64,000 nt of DNA, taken from contig NC_087437.1 of assembly GCF_036321535.1 (NCBI RefSeq), forward strand, positions 97,280,001-97,344,000. The letters are read 5' to 3'. The stretch comes from Camelus dromedarius. Taxonomy: Eukaryota. This document shows, in pieces, positions 25,151 through 38,039 of this stretch (position 1 is its first letter; every line of letters begins with the position of its first letter). The notes under the pieces were generated by a model that saw nothing but the letters and a program-made list of their open reading frames with translations, made no database searches and was not told the origin of the DNA. The position numbers were made by a program, and so were the translations under genes.

Positions 25151-28100
25151 AGTGTTCCTGTTGGCCCAGGTGGGTAATGTTCTGACTACCCTCCTTGGTT
25201 CCACCTTCACCCACTTACAACATTTACACCTCTTTTCCTCTTTATGTACATTTACCTCCTATCTTCACTTTTGATAGTAACTGGTAACTATGAAAATTTA
25301 GCTTAAATTCTAATTCCCAATAGCAGACATTTTAAAAAACGATATAATTTTAAATTCCCATTTTGTTAGCAATATTGACCATCCACAATGTAAACTTCTC
25401 TGTAAAGTTATGCTCATTGGAGGGGAGCTGTTTACACCTCTCAGACTTTCTTTTCAGTGAAAGTAGTTGAATGAAAAATAATTAGTTCCTTTAAGCCAAA
25501 TGAAGATGATGTCAGCAGTGTGTTTAAGATATCTGGTTAGTTTATCATGAAATGCAAACTTATGATCATTTATGCTATGCTCTGAACTAATCAGAAGAGA
25601 CATCCACCTTCCCTTGAGGAGTTCATATATTGTGATTAAATAGAAAAGCATGCGCCTGAGGGAAAACTTGCTGGCCTACTAACCTATATTTGAGATTCAT
25701 GTTCATTGATGAGCTTAAAAATCCCTGGGTAGCCAACAATAATCAGCATTTTTTCCAATCGTTCTAACCAGTCAGCTTACAGATACCTGTTTTGAGCAGA
25801 CTGGCCACAAGCTGTCAGCGTCACTTCTCACAGGCCACCGCTATTCCCTGCTCTATGATGCTACCACTCCTCAGCCCTGCCCCCAACCCCTCTCTCAGAA
25901 TGGTGGCCCCTGTTAATACAACAAAAATGGAAATTGTCAGTGTGGGCAGGTTGCCATATGGAGGTTGACAGCTGCTCAATCAGATTAAGACAAATGCACA
26001 TAGGCAATGTGAATGCAAAAAAAAAAAAAAAATCATTTCAGAAGAAAAAACTGTTGTTTTGTTACTATTACTCTTTTTCAGAATTTTTTAGAAATAGAAT
26101 GTCAGTTTTAAAGATTGTTCTGTAAAGCAGATAAGCTTGAATTGGTATTGATATCAAGCAAATTTTAAAAAGTAAAGTAACCTTTTAAATATTTTGCGTT
26201 TTGAGCCTTGATCCTCTTTGCTTCCGGCCATAGTGTTTAACTGAAGAAGGCTCATTCCCCCTCCCCACCCCAACCAGTATATACATATGCCTCAGCTAGG
26301 TATTCTACAAAGTAGGTATTCCCTACTTCTGGCAAAGAAAACAATGTTGAAGAATTGTAAAAATATGTTTGAAAAGACTGTATAATGTGCCAAGAGAAAA
26401 GTAACAGAATTTCACAACTCACACAACCATCAATAGCCAAGCTCATGAATAAATAACTATTTACAACATGCACATATGCAGATCAAGGTAAAGCTACTTT
26501 GCAGGAACTCAGAATCTCTAGAAAATATTTATGCAATGCACACACAGTGACAAAAAGAGGCACTAAAAAAAGAAATAATTTTAAAAGTAAAGAACAGACA
26601 ACACGTTTAAAGTTATCCAGTAACTTGCCTGACCTTCCAAAAATACACAAGACTCTTTTAACAGTAAACGAAATCTGTTGCTATGATTGCCTGTTCCTGA
26701 ACTTGACTGAGTCGTATCACATTGTCAGCAAAGCTAGCAGATTTCTAGCTGAGCAAGTTACAGTCCATTGGAAAAAGTAGTCACATGTTCAAAGATGACA
26801 CATTTCAGGCTTGATTTACAAATAAAACCCAGTGCATCTGTATTTAAAGCTTTTTGAATGAATAACTGCCTAGGAACACACGTGCCTTGAAATAAACCTT
26901 TCTGACTAGGTTAACCATTTTTCTAAAATCTTGCAGCTATCTAACTTTCTCACTGGGTGGCTAAGGCTGCAAAGTCTACTGCTAAAGTTTGTCACAGGAA
27001 ATGATACTAGCAGGGCCTACTGTCTTTGAAAAATTTATATAGGAAGTGCAAGTCAACCCTCCTGATGTCCCCTAGAGTTGATAACACTATATATCTCTAG
27101 ATCCCAAGCCACCAAAAAGCTGCCATGCAGGCTAACATGAATAACAGCTTGCAGTTTGCAAGGAAAAAACCCTTGAAAATCCATTGATAACACCAGGAAA
27201 GACAGCAATGTGGTGATGCAGCTTACAAGGCCTGAAGATAATTTGCAGCTCCACTCCTTGGGGCCGCATCTGCAGCAACCACTGAAGCTACGTGCTTGCA
27301 GGAACTTTTCCCTCAAAAGTACAGTAGGTGGAAGATTTGCAATATCTTTAATGCAACAAAGGGAGAAACAGAAAGATCAAACTGAAGGACCTCATGTATT
27401 TAGAAAATCCTGCTGAGATGCTGTGATAAATTATTAAAACTTCTTGTTAATGTTCATGCCTCTCTTTAACCTCGTATTGTAACATTGACAGCAAAGCAAA
27501 GGTGGGCAGACCCAGAAAACATTCCTAGAACTGAGAAAAAAAAATATTAGGTGAAAAGGATGCATCTGCAAAGCAAAATCTTAGATATCTCTCATCGAGA
27601 TTTTCCCTCAAAACATGCACACATGGTCCAGAAAGTCTGTCATGGGATATTTCTGCGGCAACATTTTGGCTTACAGCGTTCACAGAGCAGGTACCCTGAT
27701 AACTTGTGTTTAGTATAAACAAATGGCATTCAGGTAAAGCAGAATCAAGTGAACTTTATAGAAAGGCAGGACCAAAGTCCCAAAAATTCTCTCTCATCAC
27801 ATAATTTTTCGACAGCAGAAGAAAATGGATTACAACACTCTCAATTATTGAAAGGCTTGTTCTCTTTCAGCTGATTTTTTTTTCAATAAAGTTAATGCAA
27901 TTTATCTTTATTACTACATCAACACTGATGGAGTCAGCCAGAAAATTAGTGTTGGCAACACTGCATTTCATAACATCCGTCTGATCATTTCATAAAATCT
28001 GCTAACAATTCAGGAAGCTAACATAGTCAGGACCCATTTCTTTTCTAAAATAATGCAGCTTCCTAAGGATAACACACATAGCCTTGCACTAGAGCAACAT

Positions 28101-28377
28101 GCATTTTGCCCTATATCCTCCCTGCTGGAAACAATCCTCATAATGCTTTGAAAGCCCGCAAAACCAAAAATTGCAAAAATATATTTATATCAATAAGAGA
28201 GGAAAAACTCTTTTTCCTAGCCACCTGCAACACAGATCCTCTTTCCTGAATTAAAAATCTGATTCCAGACAGAAGCAGTTCCCCTACCTTTAGCTGCCCT
28301 CAAGCTGCCCTCAAGTTCCCACTGACTAGCCTTGCTAACTCCATTTAGAGCTTTAACACAAAACTTTCATCACTTAC

Positions 28378-29080
28378 CCCCTTTCCAAGGTTTTCCTTTC
28401 CAGGGGGTCCGAGTCAGCTTGCTCTGAGTTGGTCCAGAGAAAAAGAGCATCAAAACGAAGAGAAGTTCAAGCCTAGTAATTTTCCCCACTTTCTCTGATG
28501 ATAACATTTCCACAAGTTAATTTCACAAAATCTCTCACATCCTCTTCCCTCCCGGTTATTAAAAGAGCATCAATCATTGAAAAACCTGAGGTAGGTGGTG
28601 TTTTGCCATCTTTAACAGCTGAAGGAGCAGCTCCCTGATGTAGCCCTGAGCCAAGCTACATTTCTCACGATCCGATCCGGCTCTCCCAGCACGCAGTCAG
28701 CACTGCTCCTGGAGCTATAAAATAATTTCTGATCTCCACTTTGCTTTCAGTGGGAATATATTCCTCAGCGTTCTGGGTGAGCTTGATTGAAAATGATAAA
28801 AACAGTAATGTCTGTGTCCAGCAGAAAAGAGAAAAGATGTCAGGATTGTGTGAAAAAGATGAGAAGCAGTTGTACTGACAGCTTTCAGGCTGCTGTGTGA
28901 TCCTAATAGCCGTGCAACCAACCAAATTGCTCTTTTAAGAGTAATAAGGCTTCAGTGAAAGCCGGTGTCACTGCCACTTGGGTGGGTAGTGCTGGGCTTG
29001 AAAATCACCCAGGAACCGCCACAGATAACGACTGCTTCAGCCCCGCTTCAGAATATTAAGGGCAGAGCAAAATATAATAT
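28378..29080 (-). promoter_or_regulatory. Second putative promoter and first-exon region
   Basis: Minus-strand TTAATAT (29053-29059) lies 26 nt upstream of an Inr-like CAGT (29033). CpGs cluster here. Donors are C|GTGAGA (about 28668) and a consensus GG|GTAAGT (exon end 28378). No TEs seen. Confidence 0.45.
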
Positions 29081-30959
29081 GCACAGAGGGTAGTTAATCT
29101 TTTGTGTGCATAGACGAGGATTCCAGCAACGTAGTAGGGAAAGATGCAGAACTTGAAACGTGTTTAGTTTTTCCTTCACTTCACCTCATGATGTTAAAAG
29201 GGGATTGCATCTGCACTAATTATTCATAAAAAGGTCTGAAATATTTATTAGAAGAACAACAATCAGTGTATGATTTTTATCCCCAGCAATACAGCAGACA
29301 TGGCAAGTTCTCAATAGTTTCAGTCCTCTTCTGTATTAATGTCAGTTTCTCTGGGCGTTTCTGTGTCATCTGAATGAACCACTGTGAACGCTTTAAACAA
29401 ACTTTTGGAAATACCAACAAAGACTCTGTCAGGGCTGTGCTAATGACACATTCAGGGAAGCATATTTTTTTTATTTGTGTGTGTACATCACCATGGAAAT
29501 ACAAAAAGCTCCCTGAGTCTCTCGGTCTTCTGTAATTATATTTAGGAAAACATTACTGATCACAAGGTGTGGTTATAATTAACATCCGGGCACAGGACGA
29601 CGCCCCTGGATTGTCAAAGAGGAGGTGGGTGAAGGCAAATCAAATAAAAGTTAATTTGGTCTGCACTGCCTGAAGTGAATTAGCATGACTGAAACATTCT
29701 GGCCAATATTTGAAATCTGTCTACATCTTAGTATTATCTACATGGTCACTTATTCCTTTAATCAGTCAGCCACAATGCATGAATTATGCATTTATGTACT
29801 TCAGAGTAATCAATTGCTATATAATGATAACCTCCACTTTTATGATGTTACCACTTTCAAAATGGGATAAATTGGCCTTTTCAACTCATGCTATTGGAAG
29901 AGGTACTTTTAGAAGAATAATTTACCTTATTAAGATTAGCTATATTACATTTAAAAATATAGTTATTAAAATTTGCTTTTATATAAAGGAAAGAATGTTT
30001 GTCAAAGATATTAGTGGGATACATAAAGCAAACTCTCAGCTCATCCCTTAGTTTAAAAACAATAATCAACTTGTATTCAACTTTCAATTAATTTGAAAAC
30101 TTTTGAGGGAAGTGAGAAGAGTTCATATCATGCTTGTTTTATAAACAGAGAATTTAAAATTTTATGTCTCTGGATGCTTTAAAATCGTTAAGTTTATATA
30201 AGTCGGAAACTTGTTTTCCCTTTACTAGTCAGTCTTCACCTTTTTTACTTGATCCTTTCCTCTCTCCTTACAAGCATGTGAACAGAAGTTGGTGAGATGA
30301 ATTGGTGAACTTCTCACCATCACCTTCTGAGGAGGATTCTCCAAACTTATTTACAGTCAACTGGCTCCAATCCCCTTGAAAGAAAGAACATAACCTTTCA
30401 TAATTAGTGAGGTTTCTCATTTTTAATTACCTGGGCCTTAGGATGAAGAGGAAAATATCAAATGTAAACATGATAAAAGGAAGTCGGTAGAGACATTCAA
30501 CATTTCAGAAGGGTCTGGCCAGAAGGAGGTTAATAGGAAAAGCACTCTTTCTTTAGTATAGGATATAGTTGGACAGACTCTAAGAAAATTTCAAGTTTAA
30601 ATCTTCAAGATTTACTTCCTTCTTGGTGACCCCTGGTCACCACCAACCCACAGCTCTCTCGGGTAGAGAAATTAAACTGGATTTGGAGAAACCAAATCAC
30701 CATCGCTCATCGAGGGAAAGCCATTCTCTGCTAGACTCATCTGACTGACACATGAAGTGCTAATCAGAGTCTCTAGATGCCACAAGGAAGAAGGGGAAAC
30801 CTCAGATGGATGGGAGTACCAAAGAGAATGAATAAGGGTGGTGTTTGAAGAAGAAGAGAAATCCTGAGTGGAGGGGTCGTTCTCATGAGACACATTTCTG
30901 CACTGGTATGAGTGTGGAAATGCCTTCCCACTTAAGTTAATATAAAAAAAATAAATTAG

Positions 30960-31155
30960 CTAACTGATTACAAGTTCCAAGTACCTTACATGAATTAAAT
31001 CATTTATCCTGACAAAAACTCAGTGAAATAGGAATAACAATCTCCATTTAGTACATTAAGAAACTGAGGCACAGAGAACTTTTTAACTTACTCAAAGTTG
31101 TCAAGCTTTTCTGAAGTCAAAAAGCTCAGTTCTAAGACTTTGCAAATCACTACAC
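30960..31155 (-). mobile_element. MIR SINE
   Basis: MIR core 'ctccattt..aagaaactgaggcacagaga..taacttactcaaagt'. Confidence 0.7.
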
Positions 31156-31756
31156 TGTGCTCTCTACTAAACTGCTCTCTGTGCTCTTAACCCTTCTGAA
31201 CTAGCTGGCTCTTAAGTGACATCTTTATATAAAAGAATAACAAATAATGATGGCACATGCAATAGGTGCCGGGTTCTATGGGTTTTAGTTGTTCCATCTT
31301 CACAAAAACCTTGATGAACACATTCTCATTCATACTTTACGGATAATTACTTGTTCAGTATCATATAAGGAGTAAAGACAGAGCCAGATTTGAATATTGT
31401 GTGGGCTCAGAGCTTGCCTTTGTGCTTCTGTTTTCCAAAGTCTGCTGCGTGGGTCTGGGGAGACCAGACAGGGCTCCAGTGGGGCTGGGAAATGAGAGAA
31501 TTGAGGGGGCTCTTATGGTATCTGTGATTGGCAGCTGCAGGGAGGTCTAGGGCTGAGAAGGTCCCAGAGGAGGCCTCCTGAGAGGAGCAATCGGAATAAA
31601 CTTCCTCACCATCTACATTTTCTTTAAGGAAAACAGGAGGAAAGAGAAAAACCCAGCAAGACCTGACTTACAGATACTTAGAGCAAAACACAATAAATGC
31701 TTTAATGTAGGGTGTAATAAATTGTCAGGAAGACTGCACAGAGTTCCATAAAGGTG

Positions 31757-32122
31757 GTATATACACCGCTTACCCACAGAGGATATGTTCCGAGATCCCC
31801 CGAGGATGCCAGAAACCAGGGATAATACCAAACCCTCTACACACACACACACGTTTTTTCCTATACATACATACCTATGATAAAGTTTAATTTATAATTA
31901 GGCATAGGAAGAGATTGACAGCAGGAACTAATAATAAAATAGAACAATTTAAAAAATATATTGTAATAAAAATTATGTAAATATGACCTCTTGCAATTTA
32001 AAACTTGTGACTCGTTTATTTCTGGAATTTTTCACTTACTATTTCTGGACCACAGCTGACCACAGGTAACTGAAACCACAGAAAACAAAAACCATGGATG
32101 GGGGTGGCGGGTGGGGATACTG
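31757..32122 (-). mobile_element. MER44 (Tigger7-derived) MITE
   Basis: 'ggatatgttccgagatccccc..gatgccagaaacc', 'catacctatgataaagtttaatttataa', 'gaccacaggtaactgaaacc'; ends 'gatactg' followed by TA. Confidence 0.85.
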
Positions 32123-32129
32123 TATTAAA

Positions 32130-32645
32130 ACAGAGTGCAGTGAAAGAAAGGAGAAAGACTTGGTTCTGCTAGGATATTCCAGGCTGAGACGATGGCCTTT
32201 TGACTAAGAATCAAGTGGTAAGTATATATTTTAGGACTAGGTCAAGTCAGGCGAGAGGCAGAGAATAATTCAGGCTGAGGGAGTCGCATGAGCCTGGTCA
32301 CAGAGATGCAAGAAAGCCTGAATCCTTCCAAGAACTGCCAGGAAGACAGCACGGCTGGGAGATCCGAGCATATGGGTGAGTAGCAGGAGATGAGGTAGCA
32401 ATAATAGGCAGGGGCTAGATTAAATTTTTAAAATACGCTTACTATCTTAGGCTTTTCTCTTGGTGATAGGAGGAAGTCAATGATGAGTTTAAACCAAGGA
32501 AATTACATAATCCAAAATCGGTTTTCAAAAAAAAAAAAAAAATTTTGGCTGCAGGATGTTGGAGAGTGAAATTGGAGGCAAAAAAAGCATTTAGAAAGAT
32601 AGCGATATTCCAAGCAAGATGTATTTGCAAACTGAACTAAAACAG
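32130..32645 (-). mobile_element. L2 fragment, continuing the L2 split by MER44
   Basis: Purine-rich L2-like sequence: 'gcacggctgggag..ggagatgaggtagc..ggcaggggctagat', 'tggctgcaggatgttggagag'. Confidence 0.55.
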
Positions 32646-33348
32646 TAGGAAGAGAGTAATTTGAAATAAATTATAAAATTTAGTATCATAATCTATTAAT
32701 TCAACAAACATTTAATAACCACATATTTTGAGCCACGTAAAATGCTAGGTATTTTAAGATGAATAAGACAAATTTTAATAAGACCCTATTATCAAGATGC
32801 TTTATCCTTAAGACTTTGGGAACTAAATAGACACGGGGAAGAATGGAACATTGCTTCATTGTCTCAACTCTCTTCTTTAAATACGTCTTTATAAATTAGA
32901 TTTTGTCTGACCTACTAACATTTGCTCCAACTTTGACAGCATTAAGTAAGACTTAGGTATCTTAGCAATTACATTAAGTTTTATTCTAATATAGCTATTT
33001 ATTCTTTCCTAATAACACTCCTTGACATCTTGATATTTATACTCAATAAACACCATCTTATCTTTTATTTGTTTTCTTAACAGGGATATAAACTCACTAA
33101 TCTCTGATACTAGGTAACAATGGTGTGATGTCAGCCATTCTGCTATGCATTTAATGACTGAAAATGTACAAAATAAAACCTTTTCTACTGAGTTTACAAC
33201 TGAGAATATTACCAAGCATTTGAAGAGCTGATTTTTCTACCAATATGTTTTTCTTAACCTCACAGATTGTACTCACTTCATTAGATGTGACTGCAAATTG
33301 AGCAGATCACGTTTATGAAAATTCTGTGAGTTCGGTCATTAGGTAGCT

Positions 33349-33572
33349 GGGTGGTTCTTAATGGGGGGAAATTATACCTTTTCCCCAAGGGACATTGGGC
33401 AACGTTTGGAGACATTTCTTGGTTCTTGCAATGAGGGGTGAAAGGATGCTAGGACACGTACTGGCTAGAGGCCAGAAGTGCAGCCAAACATCCTATAATG
33501 CCCAGGACAGTCCCCCCAAAAGAAAAATAGCCTGGCCAGAAATATCAACAGTGTCCAAACTGAGAAACTCTG
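33349..33572. mobile_element. MER20 hAT MITE
   Basis: 'gggacattgggcaacgtttggagacattt', 'tagaggccag..aaacatcctataatgcccaggacag', 'tgagaaactctg'. Confidence 0.9.
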
Positions 33573-34468
33573 CGGTACCTTCAGCTTGTCTGACCATAGG
33601 TGATGATTCCTCTAGCCACTGTGTCACTGCAGTGTAGCAAGAACAAATGCTCTTCTTGACTGAAGCTCTCAAAGTACCCACAGAACACATCTTACTAGGG
33701 TGCTCCTCTGCAGCACCAATGAAAATAGTCTGTTTATGTTCTTGTACTTTGAAAAAAGGCTCCCATTTCTCCTATTACAATTTACTTACAAGGAATTGTT
33801 CATCCCCCTGACCCCTTTATAATAGACCAAATAAGTGGTGGATTTACTTTGCTGGCATGTTGGGAGGGGCCCAGGGATAATGTGTATATCAGGAAAAATC
33901 ATTCCTGTTTGGAAAATTCTATGTCCTTCTATTTCTCAAAAAAAGCCAGAGAAAATCATTGGGCAAAACTTAGCTGTCTGGCTCCCCAACAACTTTCCCT
34001 CGTCTTAACCTGACAATGATTATTCTCTAATAACTACAGGTTGCACTCTCCTAACTATATTTTATATGCTGTATTAATAAGCCATCAGAAAAGTTTAGCT
34101 GGGATTTAATCAAGATGAGAGCTGTAAATCAGCCGTAGTATTAGCTTGATAACTCTTGAAAGACCATAGAGAAGTTTGTTAATACATGCATTTGTACATA
34201 TATACATAAATAAAACATTGTCTTAATTACTGTTATTACTCTCCAATTCTGTAGCATTCTATTTTGACTACCCAAGCCAAAATACAGATTTGAATATTTC
34301 AATGCTATATTAAAAACACATTCTAATTTTTTTGTTCTTACCATGTTTTCCTTAAATGGAATCAATGAAATACTGGATATGTCCCTTCTACCTCAGTCCA
34401 CTGTAAACACAAATCATTCCATATGCTCAATAAGAGAAACATGCCTTGAAATCTGTACAAGTTATGGG

Positions 34469-34974
34469 TGTAATAGAGAAGAACAAATCTGACTCCATAT
34501 TTGATCTCTTCTTTTGGCTTTAACCCTGTGCCCTGTTTTCCAGGCTTAGTCTTACTAGCTGTGCACCTTTTGTAAGAGTGTTGCCTTTAACCTCTCTGGT
34601 AAAGAAGAAAGCCTATTCTCAAGGCTCTGATCTTTAAGGGTATTAACACTTTTGCACTTATATAAAGATAGCAAGTTGCAGAATAGAAAATAACATTTGT
34701 TTTGTTTGAAGTTTTATAGCAGCCTGTAAAATTGACCCACGTGGACAGCTGCAAGAACAAAGAATTCTTACAGCAAGAAGTTTGCAACAACCAACCACAC
34801 CCTCTCCCTTTTTAGTATAAAAGGAGCCTTAATTCTGACTTCAGTAAGATGGTTCTGCCATCTTCTTGGTCTGCTGGCTTTCTGAATAAAGTAGCTATTC
34901 CTTGCCCCAGCCCCTCGTCTCCCGATTTATTGGCCTGTCATGCGGCGAACAGAACAAGTTTGGTCTCAGTAACA
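34469..34974 (+). mobile_element. ERV1-class solo LTR (LTR39/MER34-group-like), complete
   Basis: TG...CA termini (tgtaata...gtaaca), TATA 'gtataaaag', AATAAA, typical U5 'cctcgtctcccgatttattggcctgtcatgcggcga', and a 4-bp TSD tggg/tggt. Confidence 0.85.
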
Positions 34975-35589
34975 TGGTGACATATAATATGTATTAACTT
35001 TATTTATAACTATATATTAACTTTATGTATAAATATTATAGTTATACTAAGGTTAAAAAATCAACTTTGGTTAACTGAAATCTCTTATTTAACAAAAAGA
35101 AAAATTCATTTGTTTTCATTGCTGTTGAGAAATATTTCAAAAGATTTTCATTCCTTTTTTGTTTGCCAGTGGTTTCTGTGGAGTGAATGTGGAGTGAACA
35201 TTTCTGAACCCTTCTGATTTAAGACCCTGCAGTACCCAAGGATCACTGGGCTGCAGGCACACCAGTTCTCTTGCTATTAGCCTGCAGTTATAAGAGGTGG
35301 CAAGGTAGGGCTGAATCTGGAAAGAGATCAGAGCAAACTGGTAAGTTGAACTTTCAAATGAACTCCTAATACTGCATTTGGTTTTTGTTATTGTTCCCTT
35401 TCATTAAAAAAATCAAGTGGAGCCTTGTATGTCTTTATTTATGGGTTCTAGTTGTGGTTTTACTACATAATATGTTTTAAAAACTTCAACTGAGAAAAGC
35501 AGATTGATATTTTGCTCCACATAAGCTTTGTTTTGAAGAGTAATTCTATTTTTATTTGCTAACAGCTCCTAGTTATTGAGTGTGTGCCA

Positions 35590-35830
35590 AGACTTGTCAG
35601 TGTCCCAAAGGGGAGGATCTCAGTCAGCCCCTAGATTCAGGCTAATTGGAAGCCATCGAAGAGTGATTCTAAACGTTGGTGGCCCATTTGAATCATCTAG
35701 AGACATCACCTGGCCTCAGGTAGGTATGAGAACAAAGCTGCAAAGTGGTCTTCATTCTGGGTAGCCATGTGACCAGCTAAAATTTGAAGGTTCCATTCTA
35801 CTTAAGAAAAAGGAATTTATCAGGCTACAG
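35590..35830 (-). mobile_element. MLT1-type MaLR LTR fragment
   Basis: 'ctgggtagccatgtgaccagctaaaa..gttccatt' is shared with the MLT1 copy near 38350. Confidence 0.45.
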
Positions 35831-37084
35831 CTCTGTGGTTTTGAGTCAGTAAGCCATGTGTGGGAGTTGTGTTTTGAAAAAAATCTCCTCTACGTATCTC
35901 TGATATGCTACTCTAGTGTTCAACAATTATCTTGAAAGGGAAAGCTTAACACCTAGTCCATTATGTTTATATACATTTTAATATGATAAAATAAAATTAG
36001 AGACAAGTTTGAAATTTTTGAATAAAATTTAGTATGTTTGGGGATTTCTGAGAAAAATTAATTGCCAGACTATATTAACTCATAGTTAACTTAAATTGCA
36101 AACGATTATATGACTCCTCTGTAAAGAAGGAGGAATATAGGTCCTGGAGAGACATCTTAGTGAATTTTTAGAGAATAAGTCTTGGAATCTAGTTAAACAT
36201 GCCTAAACCTATAAAATATACTTTTACTTCATCTGAGGTATTTTCTTGGGCTTATGTAAAGTTCATTTAAAGGACAGTGCTAGAAAGCTTGCCATGGTCT
36301 ATTAGCTATGCTACACCAATTACATAAAACGCTTCATATCTATAGGAGATATCAATAGGATGTTTTTAAAAGAAATGTTGTTTCTTTTTAGTATTTATGT
36401 AATAAACTTACTCTAACATGAGATATTCTTTTCCTCAAAAATACGAAATCAAAATAGTCTTTCTAGCTGAATAGCTAGAAAGTCACTAAATCACAGTGTT
36501 ACAGAGTCCCATGAGGATGTAGGTACAGTAAGTATTAATATATACGGTTGAATCTGCTCTGGCTCTCCCTAGAGTGTTCTTGAGACCCCAGAAATACTCT
36601 AATGTTGGTTCTGTTTCTAGTTAAACAGTAGATCTCCTAAGAAAAAGTGCCTATATCATAAATGTTGAAGATGCCAGATACAACCGTTGCACAGCTAACA
36701 TTGCTCTTTGGAAAAAAACAAACAAACTGCAATTCTCAGATTGTTTATAAGTTGGAAAATAGTGTAAATTTTAAACAAATTGGAAGTAATATTGAAGAAC
36801 TGTAAAACTGAATTTTTTGCCATGTCTAACTACCTGCTATGACAAATTCTTATTAACAATTCGGAATTGCTGTAGGAGGAGCTATCAGGTTTATCAATAC
36901 CTTTAGCTATATATCAGTAGAGAGTTAAGTTTTAAGTGTCAGAGACAAAAAGTGATAGTAGTATAAAAATAATTTATTTTTCTCTCATGAAAAAGTCTGG
37001 ATACAGGTAATTGAGTTTTGCTCCATAAAATGTTACAAGACATTCAGTCGCCTTCTATCTTTTTCTTTTTTTTTTCCTCAAACT

Positions 37085-37190
37085 CCATTGAGGTAGAGTT
37101 GACAATTAAAATTGTATATTTTTAAAGTGTAAAACTTGATGACTTGATATATGTATCCAGTGTAAAATACTCACTATGAACAACCTAATT
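37085..37190 (-). mobile_element. L1MA-like 3' end, resuming at about 38043-38092 after the inserts
   Basis: 'attgaggtagagttgacaattaaaattgtatatttttaaagtgta', continued by '(gt)n ggctagaacacttaaaatttactc'. Confidence 0.7.
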
Positions 37191-37785
37191 AGGAACCCAA
37201 CTTCAAAATGACCCCTGCACCCCAATGTTCATAGCAGCACTATTACAATGGAAACAGCCTAAATGTCCATCAACAGATGACTGGATAAAGAAGATGTGGT
37301 ATATTTATACAATGGAATACTATTCATCCACAAAAACCAACAACATAATGCCATTTGCAGCAAGATGGATGTTCCTGCAGAATGTCATTCTAAGTGAAGT
37401 AAGCCAGAAAGAGAAAGAAAAATACCATATGAGATCGCTCATATGTGGAATCTAAAAAAAAAAACAACAAAAAACCCATAAATACAAAACAGAAACAGAC
37501 TCATAGACATAGAATACAAACTTGTGGTTGCCAAGGAGGTGGAGGGAGGGAAGGGACAGACTGGGATTTCAAAATGTAGAATAAATAAACAAGATTATAC
37601 TGTATAGCACAGGGAAATATATACAAGATCTTATGGTAGCTCACAGCAAAAAAAAAATTTGACAATGAATATATGTATGTTCATGTACAACTGAAAAATT
37701 GTGTTCTACACTGGAATTTGACACAACATTGTAAAATGACTATAACTCAATAAAAAAAATTCAAAAAAAAAGAAAAAGAAAAAAA
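37191..37785 (+). mobile_element. Young lineage-specific L1, 5'-truncated (ORF2 C-terminus, 3'UTR, poly-A)
   Basis: ORF 37225-37455 (MFIAAL..WKQPKCPSTDDWIKKMWYIYTMEYYS) is the L1 ORF2p C-terminus. Aligns by eye with 48191-48786. Confidence 0.95.
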
Positions 37786-37817
37786 TAAACTAATGGAAAA
37801 ATTTTCTGTATCAGGTG

Positions 37818-38039
37818 AAAAAAAAAAAAAAACAACAAACCAAAATAAACATGTAGATACAGAGAATAGAGTCGTCGTTCCCAGAGGGGAAAGGGGCAAA
37901 ATGGGTAAAGGGTATCAACTATATAGGAACAGGGGGACACTAAATTTTTGTAGGGAATATAATGTCCTCATGGAATTCATATAACATAACCTCAATAAAA
38001 AATAAATTTTTAAAAAATTTAAAAAACAAAACAAAACAA
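37818..38039 (+). mobile_element. Older L1 3'UTR fragment
   Basis: 'aaacatgtagatacagagaatagagt..ccagagggga..aaatgggtaaagggtatcaact' followed by AATAAA and an A tail. Confidence 0.65.

Noticed and set aside
34469..34974. This LTR as an interferon-responsive element
   Set aside because: I found no TTC-N3-GAA motif on reading it, and it lacks the MER41 motifs.
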